A stretch of DNA of 63,055 nucleotides, the filler included, from Rhabdomonas costata (lineage: Eukaryota), in the NCBI GenBank assembly GCA_019059605.1. It is 55 parts of 55 records of this genome, joined end to end, with 100 filler letters (N's around TTAATTAATTAA, not from the genome) between each part and the next. Parts side by side here need not be neighbours in the genome. Positions count along the whole stretch, not along the records: positions 25,273 to 26,321 come from JAHMHO010031426.1; positions 26,422 to 27,470 come from JAHMHO010031427.1; positions 27,571 to 28,619 come from JAHMHO010031428.1; positions 28,720 to 29,768 come from JAHMHO010031429.1; positions 29,869 to 30,917 come from JAHMHO010031430.1; positions 31,018 to 32,057 come from JAHMHO010031431.1; positions 32,158 to 33,206 come from JAHMHO010031432.1; positions 33,307 to 34,355 come from JAHMHO010031433.1; 47 more parts are not named here. The stretch is one strand, 5' to 3'. Under the pieces are notes generated by a model, which ran no database searches, was not told where the DNA came from, and worked only from the letters and a program-made list of their open reading frames with translations. Below, piece after piece: positions 25,285-37,230 of this stretch. The number at the start of each line of letters is the position of its first letter. Position 1 is the stretch's first letter. The position numbers and the translations under genes are program-made.

Positions 25285-25790
25285 GGTATGCGTGGTGCGG
25301 AAAGCTTCCCACGCGCGCTCCACTGCTTCGTCGATGGTGCTTGGCTTTGGGTGTTTCATCACTTTCCGCTGAAGATAGGGGTCAAAACCATTGATCATAT
25401 TCAGCATCAATGAAGGATGAAACTGCGCTGGGATGAACATTTTGTATGTCTGCACTGTGGAGTGGAATTTCGGCCAATCATCTCTCATGCTCCAGTGGGC
25501 GGTCTCCTCAATCAGACGCCACTCATTGGTGTGCTGGAGAAACTTGGGATTGAGCTCCTGGCAGAACAGCTCCCAGGACGCAAACTCCTTGTCACTCGGG
25601 AACAGACAGATAACGTGTTCTCACAAAGCGATGAGTGCGTACTGGATGGTGAATGCATTCGGCAGCTTCAGCTGCTCTTTCCTGATCTGGCACTCCAGGA
25701 TCTAAGGCAGGAAGTGATCTGTGTTGCCTGTGTAGGCAGGGAACTGAGGGTCTTTCTCCATCAACTTCCTGAGTGGATCTGCCTGTGATG
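25285..25790 (-). pseudogene. Decayed Ty3/Gypsy-type retrotransposon gag
   Basis: Intronless frame FPAYTGNTDHFLP*ILEC...ALIAL*EH...FASWELFCQELNPKF...MINGFDPYLQRKVMKHPKPSTIDEAVERAWE; in-frame stops at 25702-25704 and 25621-25623. Confidence 0.75.
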
Positions 25791-26210
25791 AGTTTGCTAA
25801 CTGCGTGGTAATCACCCGTTAAGTGGGAAATGGATAGGCCCTAACCCAATTAAGCTGAGGGCTTTTTTCGCAACGAAATAATGGAAGGGAGCGGCCCAAT
25901 CACTAATTCGTGTGACGGGGAGGTTCGGTTGTTTCACCTGTCCCATGTAAAACAAGATACGAAGAACAGAAACTGCAGGTGGGGACTATGGCTATGACCA
26001 CTGTCCTGTTTCACAGAAAAAAAACACTGGTGGGGAGAGAATATTCCCACAGCTGGCGCACGACGCCTTGTCAGCGACCTCGGTTTCGTCATGGGATTGG
26101 CGAACGACGCCTCGCCCTGGGCAAAACCGAGGCTTCCTCCGCTTTCCGCGGCTTGGCGAGCGACGCCTTGCCTTAGATAGGGGGAAAACGGCGTAGGTCG
26201 TAACTGTTTA

Positions 26211-26259
26211 GTTTGCTACCAGGTGTGACGAATTAGGACCTCAGCGGGTGAACGTCACA
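26211..26259 (-). mobile_element. Putative 5' LTR end plus primer-binding site upstream of gag
   Basis: Minus strand ...cgtcaca-cc-TGGTAGCAAAC: LTR-terminal CA followed by a TGG-initiated PBS, in the same orientation as gag. Confidence 0.55.
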
Positions 26260-26649
26260 CCGCCTCAGAGGATTTGTGGGAGGGGTGAGTTTCAGGAAAA
26301 ATCAACCCACACACAACCACANNNNNNNNNNNNNNNNNNNNNNNNNNNNNNNNNNNNNNNNNNNNTTAATTAATTAANNNNNNNNNNNNNNNNNNNNNNN
26401 NNNNNNNNNNNNNNNNNNNNNTTGTGTCGAAACGCAGCTGCCTTTTTTACCCGCGCTGATTTCGTGAAATCATGGGGACCGTGGAAAAACGATGCTTGTC
26501 ATGTTGGTACGTCGGCACATCTTTGCACGTCTTGCCGTCTTACTGTCGTTCGTAGTGCAAGCGCCAGAAGTGAGTGCCTGAGCTGCAGGGGAGTGAGACC
26601 TAGTCGCATGATGAGGTGGGTTGCTGTGTCCTATGTGCGGATCCCTCAG

Positions 26650-27370
26650 CTCAACAGCACGGTCAGTTCGCAGCAGCTCGCCGAACTCTACCGCAAGCGC
26701 TGGCAGCAGGGTGTGCCCTGCTGTGCGGATGTGTCCGCTCGTCCCGCTGGTGGATGGGTGGGGAGTGGTCTATTGCGTATCGGTTGCTCGAATGTTGACG
26801 GTCTCCCAACGATGTTTGTTTATGGGCACAGACTCACACTTTCTGGGTCATGCAGACCAGCGATAGCAGCATAGTTCTATCCCTCTCGTTTCGTGCCGCA
26901 CCGGACTGGCTGGTCTGCAGCGTTGCAGCGTTGACGGTAAACACAGAACATCGCACTCAAAAAGAAACAAATGATCCCCCGAACTGCAGTTCTTTCATCA
27001 TCCTTTCATCGCCCCCCCCCCCCGAAAAGGGCCAGAAATACCGAATTCAGTGCGTGCGTGACTTGCAGACTTGTGTGCACCTGCGGCAGCTTCGTATAAA
27101 TGTAAGGGAATTGTCCATTTCAGTGCCTAAATGTGAGGGAATTGATTTTTTCCCGCAACCACTTCACACCAACTTCCGTTTCTGGCACTCCTCGGCCCCC
27201 TCAATCACCTCCCACACACTTCCTCGATCATCCCCGTCGTAAAATAATGGAGTTTTGTGCGCTTTTCCAGTTGCTCAGGAGAAGGCCGCTCTGGAAGCTC
27301 AGCTGGAGGCCATCCCGCTAGAAGACCGTGGAGCAGCAGCAGGCAGCTCCGCGGCGCCCACCCTTCCGTT
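26650..27370 (+). CDS. Hypothetical protein, two exons
   Basis: 26650-26710 LNSTVSSQQLAELYRKRWQQ and 27271-27370 VAQEKAALEAQLEAIPLEDRGAAAGSS; phase-1 GT-AG join. Confidence 0.5.
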
Positions 27371-27740
27371 GTAAGCACTGCTCATATATCGCCTATATTC
27401 ACCCGTTTCCAACACCACACCGAACTCCGAACCCCTGAAATCCTCGACTCGGGAACACTAACACAGAAGGNNNNNNNNNNNNNNNNNNNNNNNNNNNNNN
27501 NNNNNNNNNNNNNNTTAATTAATTAANNNNNNNNNNNNNNNNNNNNNNNNNNNNNNNNNNNNNNNNNNNNACCGACGACTTTTCTAGTGTATTTCCAGTG
27601 TGACGTCGGGGTCTGCGAGACACAGGGTTGGCAATACTGTCGGTGCTGCACACCCCTTCGCTGTGCAACGTCTTGGACAATAACCTACGCTGCAAAATGG
27701 GACCGGAGACGAATATCCGGGGGACCCTCTCTCATTCCAG

Positions 27741-28179
27741 GGTTCCTGAGAATACCCCGGGACTAGTGGCCCAGTGGCACTTCGACGATGAGACTGACCC
27801 CGCGGATGGCCTCACCGCGGTCTCTGCCCAGGGCTATACCCTGAATCTCGCGGACGTCTCCAACAACAACAACCTGGACTGCGGGGCCAGCGACCGAGCC
27901 ACCCACAGCGTGGTGGCCGCGCCGATCTCCCACACGGACAACCCCTACATCGTGATCAGCTACATCCCCATGAGCCGAGTGCGGATTCCGCTATCGTTCA
28001 ACTTCACGCTGCTGTCCCTCCCGAGCTGTGGCGCGCTTAGCGTTGCGAACGGGCCAGCGGTTGCTGTCTTGGACACGGTTGTGGCGGGCTCCACGCTTGT
28101 GTTCTACTGCAATGACCCTGCGTTCATCAGTGGGGAGATCGTGTATCGTGGGGTGGACAGCAATGGGACGATCGCTCAG
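27741..28179 (+). CDS. Extracellular protein exon with LamG/ConA-like domain end (paralogue A)
   Basis: ttccag|...|gtagcc; VPENTPGLVAQWHFDDETDPADGLTAVSAQGYTL...; GLVAxWxFD is typical of LamG_3 borders; near-colinear with 32960-33206. Confidence 0.7.
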
Positions 28180-30442
28180 GTAGCCTGCTGCACAGTGGCT
28201 AGTTTAGAACTCCCATATGTGAGCTACTGCCAGCTTCCAACTTCCGCCGGGCTGTGTTCACTCTACAGTTTACCGAATCGCAGTCAGTTCGGAATCTCAC
28301 TCCCCAACAACCTCTCCTTGGGGTCAATGTCAGTCGCGGGCACATGTATGTGGGAAGTGCCCCGAAGTGATGGCAGTGCCAGCATCACTTTTCCAGCACA
28401 AATCAGTGGAAGCAAGGTCAACTGGCAGGTCGCGATTGGCGCTCTCTGGCTGCTTCTCAAAGCCAGTAGCACCAAGCAGGCCCATCTCGTTGAAACGACG
28501 TCTGTTGTTTCTGTAGGGATATTAGCAGCAAAACCTGCGGTGGTTGGGTAAGGTTTGTGTGAATATTTGCTGATAACCAGATTCCGCTTGGCATCAAAAC
28601 AGCCATCGAGATAAAAACANNNNNNNNNNNNNNNNNNNNNNNNNNNNNNNNNNNNNNNNNNNNTTAATTAATTAANNNNNNNNNNNNNNNNNNNNNNNNN
28701 NNNNNNNNNNNNNNNNNNNGTTTTTGGTGGACCTGCTGAATTTTCGACCTTTTTGCTACGATAATGACATTGACTTTCAGCTGTCACATTGAACTTTGAA
28801 CTGTTGACATTGAAACGAATTTTTTTGATCGAATTGATTATTGAGCACCTCCACGTTGAACTTTGAGGTGGGTGCAATCCTGGTTGGGTTGGGTTGGTCC
28901 ACATGTCAAACACGTGAAATGGCTATAACAACTCCCTGTGCGTTCACATTTGAGCTCTTTCATTCGACGAAGACTTCCTTGCAAGGTGTTCAGGCTCCGT
29001 CCAATCTTGAAGATGCCGTGGACACCCTCAATGGTGCTGGTGCACCTTGTCGAAGGTGGCACTGTGGTTCAGCTGCTGGTGACTCCTGAAGTTCTCTTTG
29101 CGTCCTGTTCATGTTCTCCAACACGGCACCCTACTTAAGGTCGCATACCGCATACCGCTGGAGCCCTTCCAGCAGTCTGTTGGAAGTTCGCTGCTCATCA
29201 TCTCTTCCAGATTTGCTTCTTTGGTTCGATCCGAGAAAATCGAACGAACCCTCATATTTTCTGCCTTTCGTTTCCCCCCCTACTTCCTTCACCGACACTC
29301 CTGTTGATCACCACACAATGCCTCCCTTTCTCTGTCGACGTTCTCAGTTGGCACTTTCTCTGTCCTGTGGCTGTTGTTAGCTTGCAAAATCTCTCCATCT
29401 TCTCCTGTCTGTTTTGGGTGAAACCCCGCCACCCACATGCAGTCGTGAAGTCCAGGAAACAGATTCTTCAACGCCTTAAAAAGAAAACTCTCTCAGTGAA
29501 CGTGATGACACGCTGTCTGGCAGCAGGGACCTGCGGCGCCTCTGAGACAGCAAACAGACAAAGTCAACGGCCCACAGCTTGACGGGCATGCCAAGGGCAA
29601 GCGTTACTGCCCTCCACACATTGGTGGCCCTGCTGGCTGCTGGCGGAGTCTCGAGGCAAACGATCGGAATGAACACTCATCAGCCGCTGAACGATCTTCG
29701 GGACTACTGCCGCATCTGCGGATGCGTCGCTCCGAAGGTATCACAGGCGGAGGGGTACAAAACCCACCNNNNNNNNNNNNNNNNNNNNNNNNNNNNNNNN
29801 NNNNNNNNNNNNTTAATTAATTAANNNNNNNNNNNNNNNNNNNNNNNNNNNNNNNNNNNNNNNNNNNNCAAAGCACCCAAGAACCGGCACTGTGGTGACG
29901 AGATTGGCATCGTCAACCCGAATGAAAGCAGTCGCTTGTCAGAGTTCGAATTGAAACAAAAAAAGGAAGGAACGGGAGGATAACAACTTGGCTCACGGAA
30001 GGGAGGAGGCATGACAACCGTGAGCGGCGCTGTCTGTGATCGCTGGTGGGCGAGCGTAATAAGAAGAGGAATATGGCGGCTGGGTACAAAAATATGCAGT
30101 TGATAATGGCGGTTTAAGAGCCGTGCATCGGGCAGAGAATGGGAGAACGGGAGGACCGTGAGAGGAAAAATATGGCCCTGTCACCAACAAAACAGATCCG
30201 GTCAATTTGATGCTATTTGGAGCTGCTGAATGAACACGTGGAAGAGGCGAGGCTGAAGAGTGCAGGAGGCATAGATACATGCACAGGAAGCAGTGAACGA
30301 TGGAAGACAGTTGTGTGAAGGAGTGTGCGTGGGGTTTTAATTGTGATCACCCTGGAATGCCAGGTGATGTGCCTGCGCCGCAGTTGCCCGTTGGGCATCG
30401 TTGCTGAAGTCAGACAGAGAAGAACAGGGCGAGCAGGCACAC

Positions 30443-30559
30443 CCCAGCAGGGCGGCGGCCTGGCGGTCAATCTCCGCTCGAATCCGTGCAGCATCGGCCC
30501 ACTTCACTCGTTCCGCCTTCTTCAGCTTTCCCAAAAGGTCAGAGAAGTTGTACTGGTAC
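30443..30559 (-). CDS. QARS: Glutaminyl-tRNA synthetase, eukaryotic N-terminal RNA-binding domain exon
   Basis: gcag|...|gtgtgc; (R)YQYNFSDLLGKLKKAERVKWADAARIRAEIDRQAAALLG, cf. RYxFNxGLL...LKWADGKxIKxEVDxQxxxLLGP. Confidence 0.85.
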
Positions 30560-31207
30560 CTGCACAGGCCCAGAGGGAGAGAGAGAGAGAGCGAGGGAGC
30601 GTTGTGCAGCTCCCTCTTGGTGCGTGTGTAATAGGTACATGTCAGACAGTCAGGCTAGATGATAAGCCTACCACATGTGGTGGCGTTGCAAAGATGTGCG
30701 AATGAACTTGTCGTTCGAATTGATCTTCCCACATCATCAAACCCTATTACAGAGGCATCAGAGCCATCATTGTTCCAATCATTAACGGTTCTCCCAAAAT
30801 CGGGGGAGGGAAGGGGAAGGGAAGAGGCCTCTCTTCCTCGATCGCGGCCTTCTCCTCGGCCAGTGCGACCTGCACAGCGGAGGCCAGCTCGGCGTCGGAC
30901 ACGGTCACCCCCACAAANNNNNNNNNNNNNNNNNNNNNNNNNNNNNNNNNNNNNNNNNNNNTTAATTAATTAANNNNNNNNNNNNNNNNNNNNNNNNNNN
31001 NNNNNNNNNNNNNNNNNGGGGTGTCCATCAAATTTAATCCTAACCGAATTGCTGTAGAATCTCCCCTTTAGCAGTGGGGTGTGTTGCCCGTTTTTCCTCG
31101 CACTGCTCTCGCTTACCATTGGTTTCCCCTCGCGCTCTACTCGTGTGACAGGTTTTGGCAGTTGGTGGTTTTGTCCGAAAGGAGGGGGAGGGGGACGCTT
31201 GATCACA

Positions 31208-31799
31208 ATGTCTGCCTCGCTTCTGAAGGTGCCCGATGACTTTGAAGGGTACGGCTGCTGTTCTCGTTTTTTCTTTTTGCCTCGCCATATTTGCTCATCA
31301 TTTGCTAGGAAGCTCCCAAAAGTTTCTTTTGGGACGATTTTTTTTCCATAATTTTGGGTCCCGATGGTGTCGAGGTGGCCAAACCGTGGGTTGTAGCATC
31401 ATTTGTTTGTTTGTGGTACGCACCACAGGATCGCGGAGTAGGCCAGTCTTGACTAGGACACCTCTTCTTTTCTTCTCCTTTTTCCGTCTTTGCCTTTCTC
31501 CACCGCCTTTTTTGTTTCGCGCACAGCCTTGCAGAAACATATCCACTGTCCGAGTTACCCAAACCAGAGAAGGACTTTGTTTTGCAGCTGCCAAGAACCC
31601 CACAACAGCCATGACAACGTTTTGGGGCACTTTTCTTACAAAAAGAGTTTGTGCGATTGTGCATGTTTGCGCCTCCAGAAAGATGCGTTTGCTGGAGCAG
31701 TGGGGAGAATCCGCGGAGGGCGACATGCCGGAGGCTGTGCCCAGCGACGTGGAGCCCGCGGAGGAGAAGCAGTACCTGAAAGAGTTGGTCACCAAAAAG
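31208..31799 (+). CDS. Hypothetical protein, 5' exons
   Basis: 31208-31248 MSASLLKVPDDFEG and 31679-31799 KMRLLEQWGESAEGDMPEAVPSDVEPAEEKQYLKELVTKK; phase-2 GT-AG join. Confidence 0.45.
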
Positions 31800-32959
31800 G
31801 TGCTTTCTTCGCTTCTCGGCATAAGAGTTTAATTTTTGGGTTTATTGGCCAGTTATATCTCGAAACGTAAGGGGGCTTATGTGTAGAGCTCTCTTTTTTT
31901 TAGGGCGCATGTACTGCTGTCGCAACGAAAACAACTCAATTACCCAGAAACCAGAAAAATGAGTGCTGGCACACTGGCGCGCAAGTGGGCCGACGGTGTG
32001 CCAGTCTGCAGTTCTTTCTCTTATCAAAACCCAAGCCTGAGGTAAAGCCAACCAAAANNNNNNNNNNNNNNNNNNNNNNNNNNNNNNNNNNNNNNNNNNN
32101 NTTAATTAATTAANNNNNNNNNNNNNNNNNNNNNNNNNNNNNNNNNNNNNNNNNNNNTTCAAAGTAAAAGTGGGCTGTGACCCGCTCTGCATAAGACGCT
32201 GACAGTGGCGTCGGAGTGCAGCTTTGTTTGTTCCTGTAGTTTTGATTGTGCAAGAGCTGATTTCGAGGGTTTTTCGGGATCATGTTGTGTTCTGAACGGT
32301 AAGGGAACTTCGGGTGGAGCTTGCGGAATCCTTTTCTTCACACTCGAATGCGCGGGGTTGCTTTTGCACAAAGTGTGGCCTTCGTCACCGTTTCGCCTTG
32401 TTGGGCTCACTGAGCTGTTCATCGTTTCTGAGCTGAATAAGGGCGTGCCTCAGCGTTCGTGTATTCTGTCTGAGCATCAGGTATCTGTTCGATGGCTTAT
32501 CGGGGTAGTTTGCCTTCCTCAGTATACCCCGGTGTGCCTAATTTGAATAAAGCACAGAGACAGGTGGCTCATTCCAATTGTTAATGTGCCTGCGGGCCTT
32601 AAAAGCCACGCAGTCGTGTACCGCGAGGAATCGCGACGTTTCCATTCAGAAGTCATGAGCACCATTGCGCTTTGTACACAGCCGGGGAAGGGGGGCTCCA
32701 AAAGCCCAGCACAGGCCACCCAAAAGTGCTCAAAGCTGACTGAATTCCCTTTCACTGCGCACGGGTGCGCTTCTCAACTGTAGACAGCCGCTTAGGAAGG
32801 GGAAGGTATGCGTTGGAAGAGCAGGAAAGGAGGGACGCACACCCACACCGGATGCACGGACGGACGCTCGGACGGACAAACCCATTGCCGCTCAGGTGGC
32901 TCAGGACTGAGTCAAATTTGTTTGGTTATAATCTTTTTCTGCCGCGTTCCGTTCCGCAG

Positions 32960-33206
32960 GGTGCCTGAAGACACCCCTGGGCTGATCGCGCAGTGGCACT
33001 TCGACGATGAGGTGGACCCTTCGGATGGGCTCACCGCGGTCTCCGCCCAGGGCTTCACTCTCACTCTCTCCTCGGCTGGCAACCTCAATAACTTGCCCTG
33101 CGGGCCCACCCCCCGCCCGGTCCACAGCGTGTGGGCCGCACCTCTCACCCACTCTGACAACCCCTACGTTGTAGTGAGCTACCACCCCCTCAGCGAAGTC
33201 AGTCTG
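32960..33206 (+). CDS. Extracellular protein exon with LamG/ConA-like domain end (paralogue B)
   Basis: ccgcag| VPEDTPGLIAQWHFDDEVDPSDGLTAVSAQGFTLTLSSAGNLNNLPCG...APLTHSDNPYVVVSY; same intron position as 27741. Confidence 0.7.
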
Positions 33207-33328
33207 NNNNNNNNNNNNNNNNNNNNNNNNNNNNNNNNNNNNNNNNNNNNTTAATTAATTAANNNNNNNNNNNNNNNNNNNNNNNNNNNNNNNNNNNNNN
33301 NNNNNNGTGTTGGGTGTGTGTGGGGTGG

Positions 33329-34355
33329 GAGGTCCGACGCGTGCCCCAGTCAACAGCTTCGACCGAAGGACACGGTTTGCCGTGGTGCAGCGGGTGACTG
33401 TGACATCCCAGAGGTTTGTGCCTCTTGTCCTTCCTCTCCGTTGCTGCGTGTGGCTGCACGCGAGGCCGAGACCCAGATTCGAGCAGACGCGCACTGCTTG
33501 CCTTCACGGATGTGCGTCAGGTGGAGTGCCTGGGAAACGGAGAGGGGGGTCGCACTCAATTTGAAGTGAAACGAATTCTGCCTGCTGCGGTGGTGAGGGA
33601 TGTCTTTTGCCATAGTCCTGCGACGGAGTCACCGCATACTGCCCCACGGACGAGAAGCAGGCCAGCAACGTGACCTGCCGCAAGGCGGCTGGTGAGTGCG
33701 ATTTGCCTGAGAACTGCGACGGGGTCTCTTCCTCGTGCCCGCTGGACAGCAAGAAGTCGGCCAACTCTGTCTGCAGGGCCTTGGCTGGGGACTGCGACAT
33801 CGAGGAAAGGTTTGCCATTCTCCTTCTTTCTTCTTCTGCTGCTATCATACGTGGCCACAGAACCATGGTGTCCCTCCTCACAAAGTTGCGCCACAGCGCT
33901 GGGAGTTGCTCTGCTTTCCTTATGTGGGGGTTTTTCAGCTGCGATGGCCAAACGAACAGCTGCCCCGCGGACGTCAAGGAACCCCAAACCAAAGTCTGCC
34001 GAGGTACCCTCCACCCCGCTCCCTCTTCCCAGGCATTTTCTCTCTTGAGCAACCCGTTTCCACCGAAATCCGAAACCCGTTTCCGTCCACGTGAATGTTT
34101 CAAAGGATGACTTCTGTCGCAACTGAGCACTGCAACCCGAATAAAGAGTCCCCACTGGCGGCCAAACGAGGGCCACCGATACCGATGAGGGAAAGTTGAA
34201 GCCCATGCATTCGAATGCCCTGTTGTTTCCCCAACGACTCGAAGCGGTGATGTGTGTGTGATGGGGCTGTCCTCAGCGGTTGCCGGGGTCTGCGACATCG
34301 CGGAGTCCTGCACGGGGTGGTCTGCGGGGTGCCCCGGGGACGCTGTCCAGGCCCC
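33329..34355 (+). CDS. Cys-rich protein with tandem disintegrin-like repeats, four exons
   Basis: Exons ~33329-33413, 33616-33809, 33939-34003 and 34277-34355 join in phase; the unit CRxxAGxCDxxExCDGxxxxCPxD is seen four times plus a partial copy. Confidence 0.9.
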
Positions 34356-34477
34356 NNNNNNNNNNNNNNNNNNNNNNNNNNNNNNNNNNNNNNNNNNNNT
34401 TAATTAATTAANNNNNNNNNNNNNNNNNNNNNNNNNNNNNNNNNNNNNNNNNNNNGTATGCGTGGGGGTGGGCACCA

Positions 34478-35503
34478 TCAGTGATGCCCCAGAAGTGTCC
34501 TAATTTTCGGCTGTGCTGCTGTCTTCAGAGCAGCAGATAATGGGGGTACTGGAACAGCAGTCCCAGGATTTCCCACTGCAGGGGGCTTTGGCATCGTTCC
34601 AGGTGTCGCTCCGGTCCCTGGCTTGGGGTGGGAAACCGTGCTTGAGGAATACCTTTGCATCTGCGCAGCCACAGCGCTTGGGCGTGTCACCCCAGAGCCT
34701 GGGAGTACAGGTCCACGAGACACAACGGACCCAGCAGCGGCCACTTTGGGAACAAAGGAGGCTGAGATCGCAGCAGCTGAGGCGCTGAGAACGATGGTGC
34801 CCTTTGCCGGGGAACCCATGCTCGCCGCAGGAGGGAGCGTCCGAGCGGGGACAGTGGCATTTAAGGAAACATTGCCAGCAGGACGCGGGGAGGCAGGTAC
34901 AGAACTGGAGGCAGACAAAGGTGCGGGCCGAGTGGGCAGTGAGCTGGCAGCTGAAGATGCGTCCACGGTCTGACTGTGGCGGAAAGGGGGAGAGTGGCTG
35001 CCCGAGGCTGAGTCGACACCGGCAAGGGCTTGACCACGGCAGGCGCCCGAGCCGACCCAGGCATGGAATTTGAGGAAGTGGCAGGTCGAGCAGAAGAGGG
35101 TACAGGCACTGAACTGGAAGATGAGGATGCTGAGGGTCGACCTGGTGCCGTGCTGACAGCTGTGGATGTGGCAGGAAAGCGAGCTGCTGCCGGTGCAGAC
35201 GCAGAACTGGCAGCCAGGAGCATGGCTGCTCGAGCCGTCGCCGCCCCTGGCAGTGAAACTCCTATTCCAGCAGATCCAGAGGGGCCGACCGCTTTAGATG
35301 GTACAGCGGATTGAGGCCGCACAGTGACCATGGAGCCAGGCAGAAGTTTCACTGGGTTTCCAACGGCAGGCATTGAAGCAGGCGACGGCCTGGTGATCCC
35401 AGTCACCGGCTCTGCGACAGCGACTCTCGAGGGAACCCCAATAGCAGACATCGTCCTGGTCGCTCCCAACTTCGGAGCTGAACTGCAAGTTCCCACACCC
35501 ACC
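34478..35503 (-). CDS. Pro/Ala/Ser-rich low-complexity coding region
   Basis: Two long ORFs (35502-34861, 34966-34478) of like composition with an internal repeat SASSS..VP..RPA; frame change near 34970 (short intron or indel). Confidence 0.55.
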
Positions 35504-36879
35504 NNNNNNNNNNNNNNNNNNNNNNNNNNNNNNNNNNNNNNNNNNNNTTAATTAATTAANNNNNNNNNNNNNNNNNNNNNNNNNNNNNNNNNNNNNNNNN
35601 NNNTGTTGGTTTTATCGCCAGCCCCAGCTGATTTTGATGGATTTTGATTCTGGTAGCAGATTTTGGCCGTGTGGTATGTGAGCCTGAGCACTGCGGGCCC
35701 ATTGCGCCCGCAGACCGGTGGGATCAGACCAGTTGGTGGTGCTTTGTGAAGAATGATTCTCGACATCCCTCGAAAACAGGGCTTGGTGATGGGTTCCATT
35801 GGGCTTCTGCAGTGGAAGAACGTCAGTGACTTCATTCATTCCGAATACTATGTGCAGAAGCTCCAGGAGAGGATGGGGGTGATCAGCCGGCACGGCGGCA
35901 CAAAAAAGTGCGGCAGAAATGGGGTGAGAGAGTTGATTTGTGTGCACGGTGACCCAGAATGTGAATCTTTTTTCATTCACGCTGCTCTGACCAACGTTAG
36001 AAAAATTGTCAAAGTCAAAACGTAAAGAACGTAATATTCTAGCAACGCCACTAGTCACTAAGCCGGCTGGGGAGCGACATGCACCTCCCAATTGCACGGG
36101 GGTAATCACTGCCTGATATAACGAGTAATCGCGCCATTAAGACATGAAGACAAGGGTTGTGGCCCAATTGCTGAAGCCGATTTCAAGCTGAATACGTGAC
36201 CTGGACCTCACAACTTGAATTTGAGACGTTTCCGGTTGGGTGCCATCTTTTTGGTGTTTCGGAATAATTTTGGTTAATAAGCTACCGGCCCCTGGTCCAC
36301 CTCTGTTCTGGATACGCGTATGTATGAGGGTCGCAGTCAAGGTCCCTATGCTTAACTGGAACACAATTCAGGGTCCAATTTTCGGCGTTGTCTGGCGTGC
36401 CCTACATGCCTTTGGACTGTCCTGCATTACTTGTCCTCGGGTTGATCATCAATTCCCATGGCACTGAAACAGACCAGAACGCATTGCGTAGTAGTGTTAA
36501 AAGCTATGTCACAGTGTCATGGGCATTTTTTTTCGCGGTTGCTTTTTTCAATTCTCTTTGTGAATTGTGTGCTCAACTGATCTTTGCCTTTCAAGCGTCA
36601 TCCCGTCCACTGGGTCCCTCTTTGAACTCTGCTCAGGTATCGAACCCCCCCNNNNNNNNNNNNNNNNNNNNNNNNNNNNNNNNNNNNNNNNNNNNTTAAT
36701 TAATTAANNNNNNNNNNNNNNNNNNNNNNNNNNNNNNNNNNNNNNNNNNNNTGTGTGGGTGGCTCAGTATTAAGACCTGTATTTGTTCGATGTGCTGGAC
36801 ACTGTAGAGATGGAAGTGAACAACTCCCCTCTTGTCGAGACCGACTATTCGCCGTGCTGCCTCAACCTTGGCTATTAAC

Positions 36880-37230
36880 CGACTTTCTACACCGATATCC
36901 CACCGTACACAGCATTTTGTTAACCGACTCTTGGCTAATTGGAACCATATTTCGGACGTTTTTTGGCAGCATCAGGACAGGTACGTCGAGAGAGAGACTC
37001 GGAATCATAAGGAGCACCGCTTTGAAGTCGACGAACTGGTCCTCGTCAGCTCGCGGAAGCACGCGAGGTCCCAACTCCGAGGTTCACACCGGTTATCACC
37101 AAAATCAAACCGGCCCCTTCATCATCACCGAAGCAACAGGACCTCGGACGTTCAAGCTGAATTTGCCAAGTCGGAAGTTTCACAATGCCTTCCACGCAAA
37201 TGACCTCATCACGTATGTGTTGCGCATCCA
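36880..37230 (+). pseudogene. Decayed Ty3/Gypsy integrase C-terminus (GPY/F module)
   Basis: QHQDRYVERETRNHKEHRFEVDELVLVSS...RLSPK, frameshift, then TGPFIITEATGPRTFKLNLPSRKFHNAFHANDL (cf. F.vGD.VL...KL.PkwxGPF.i...yKL.LP...HpvFHvs.L). Confidence 0.85.

Noticed and set aside
25621..25704. In-frame TAG/TGA in gag as stop-codon reassignment
   Set aside because: Host exons show no in-frame stops; these are single-base decay changes in a transposon.
33504..34313. 269-aa and 216-aa minus-strand ORFs
   Set aside because: Antisense to the spliced disintegrin-repeat gene.
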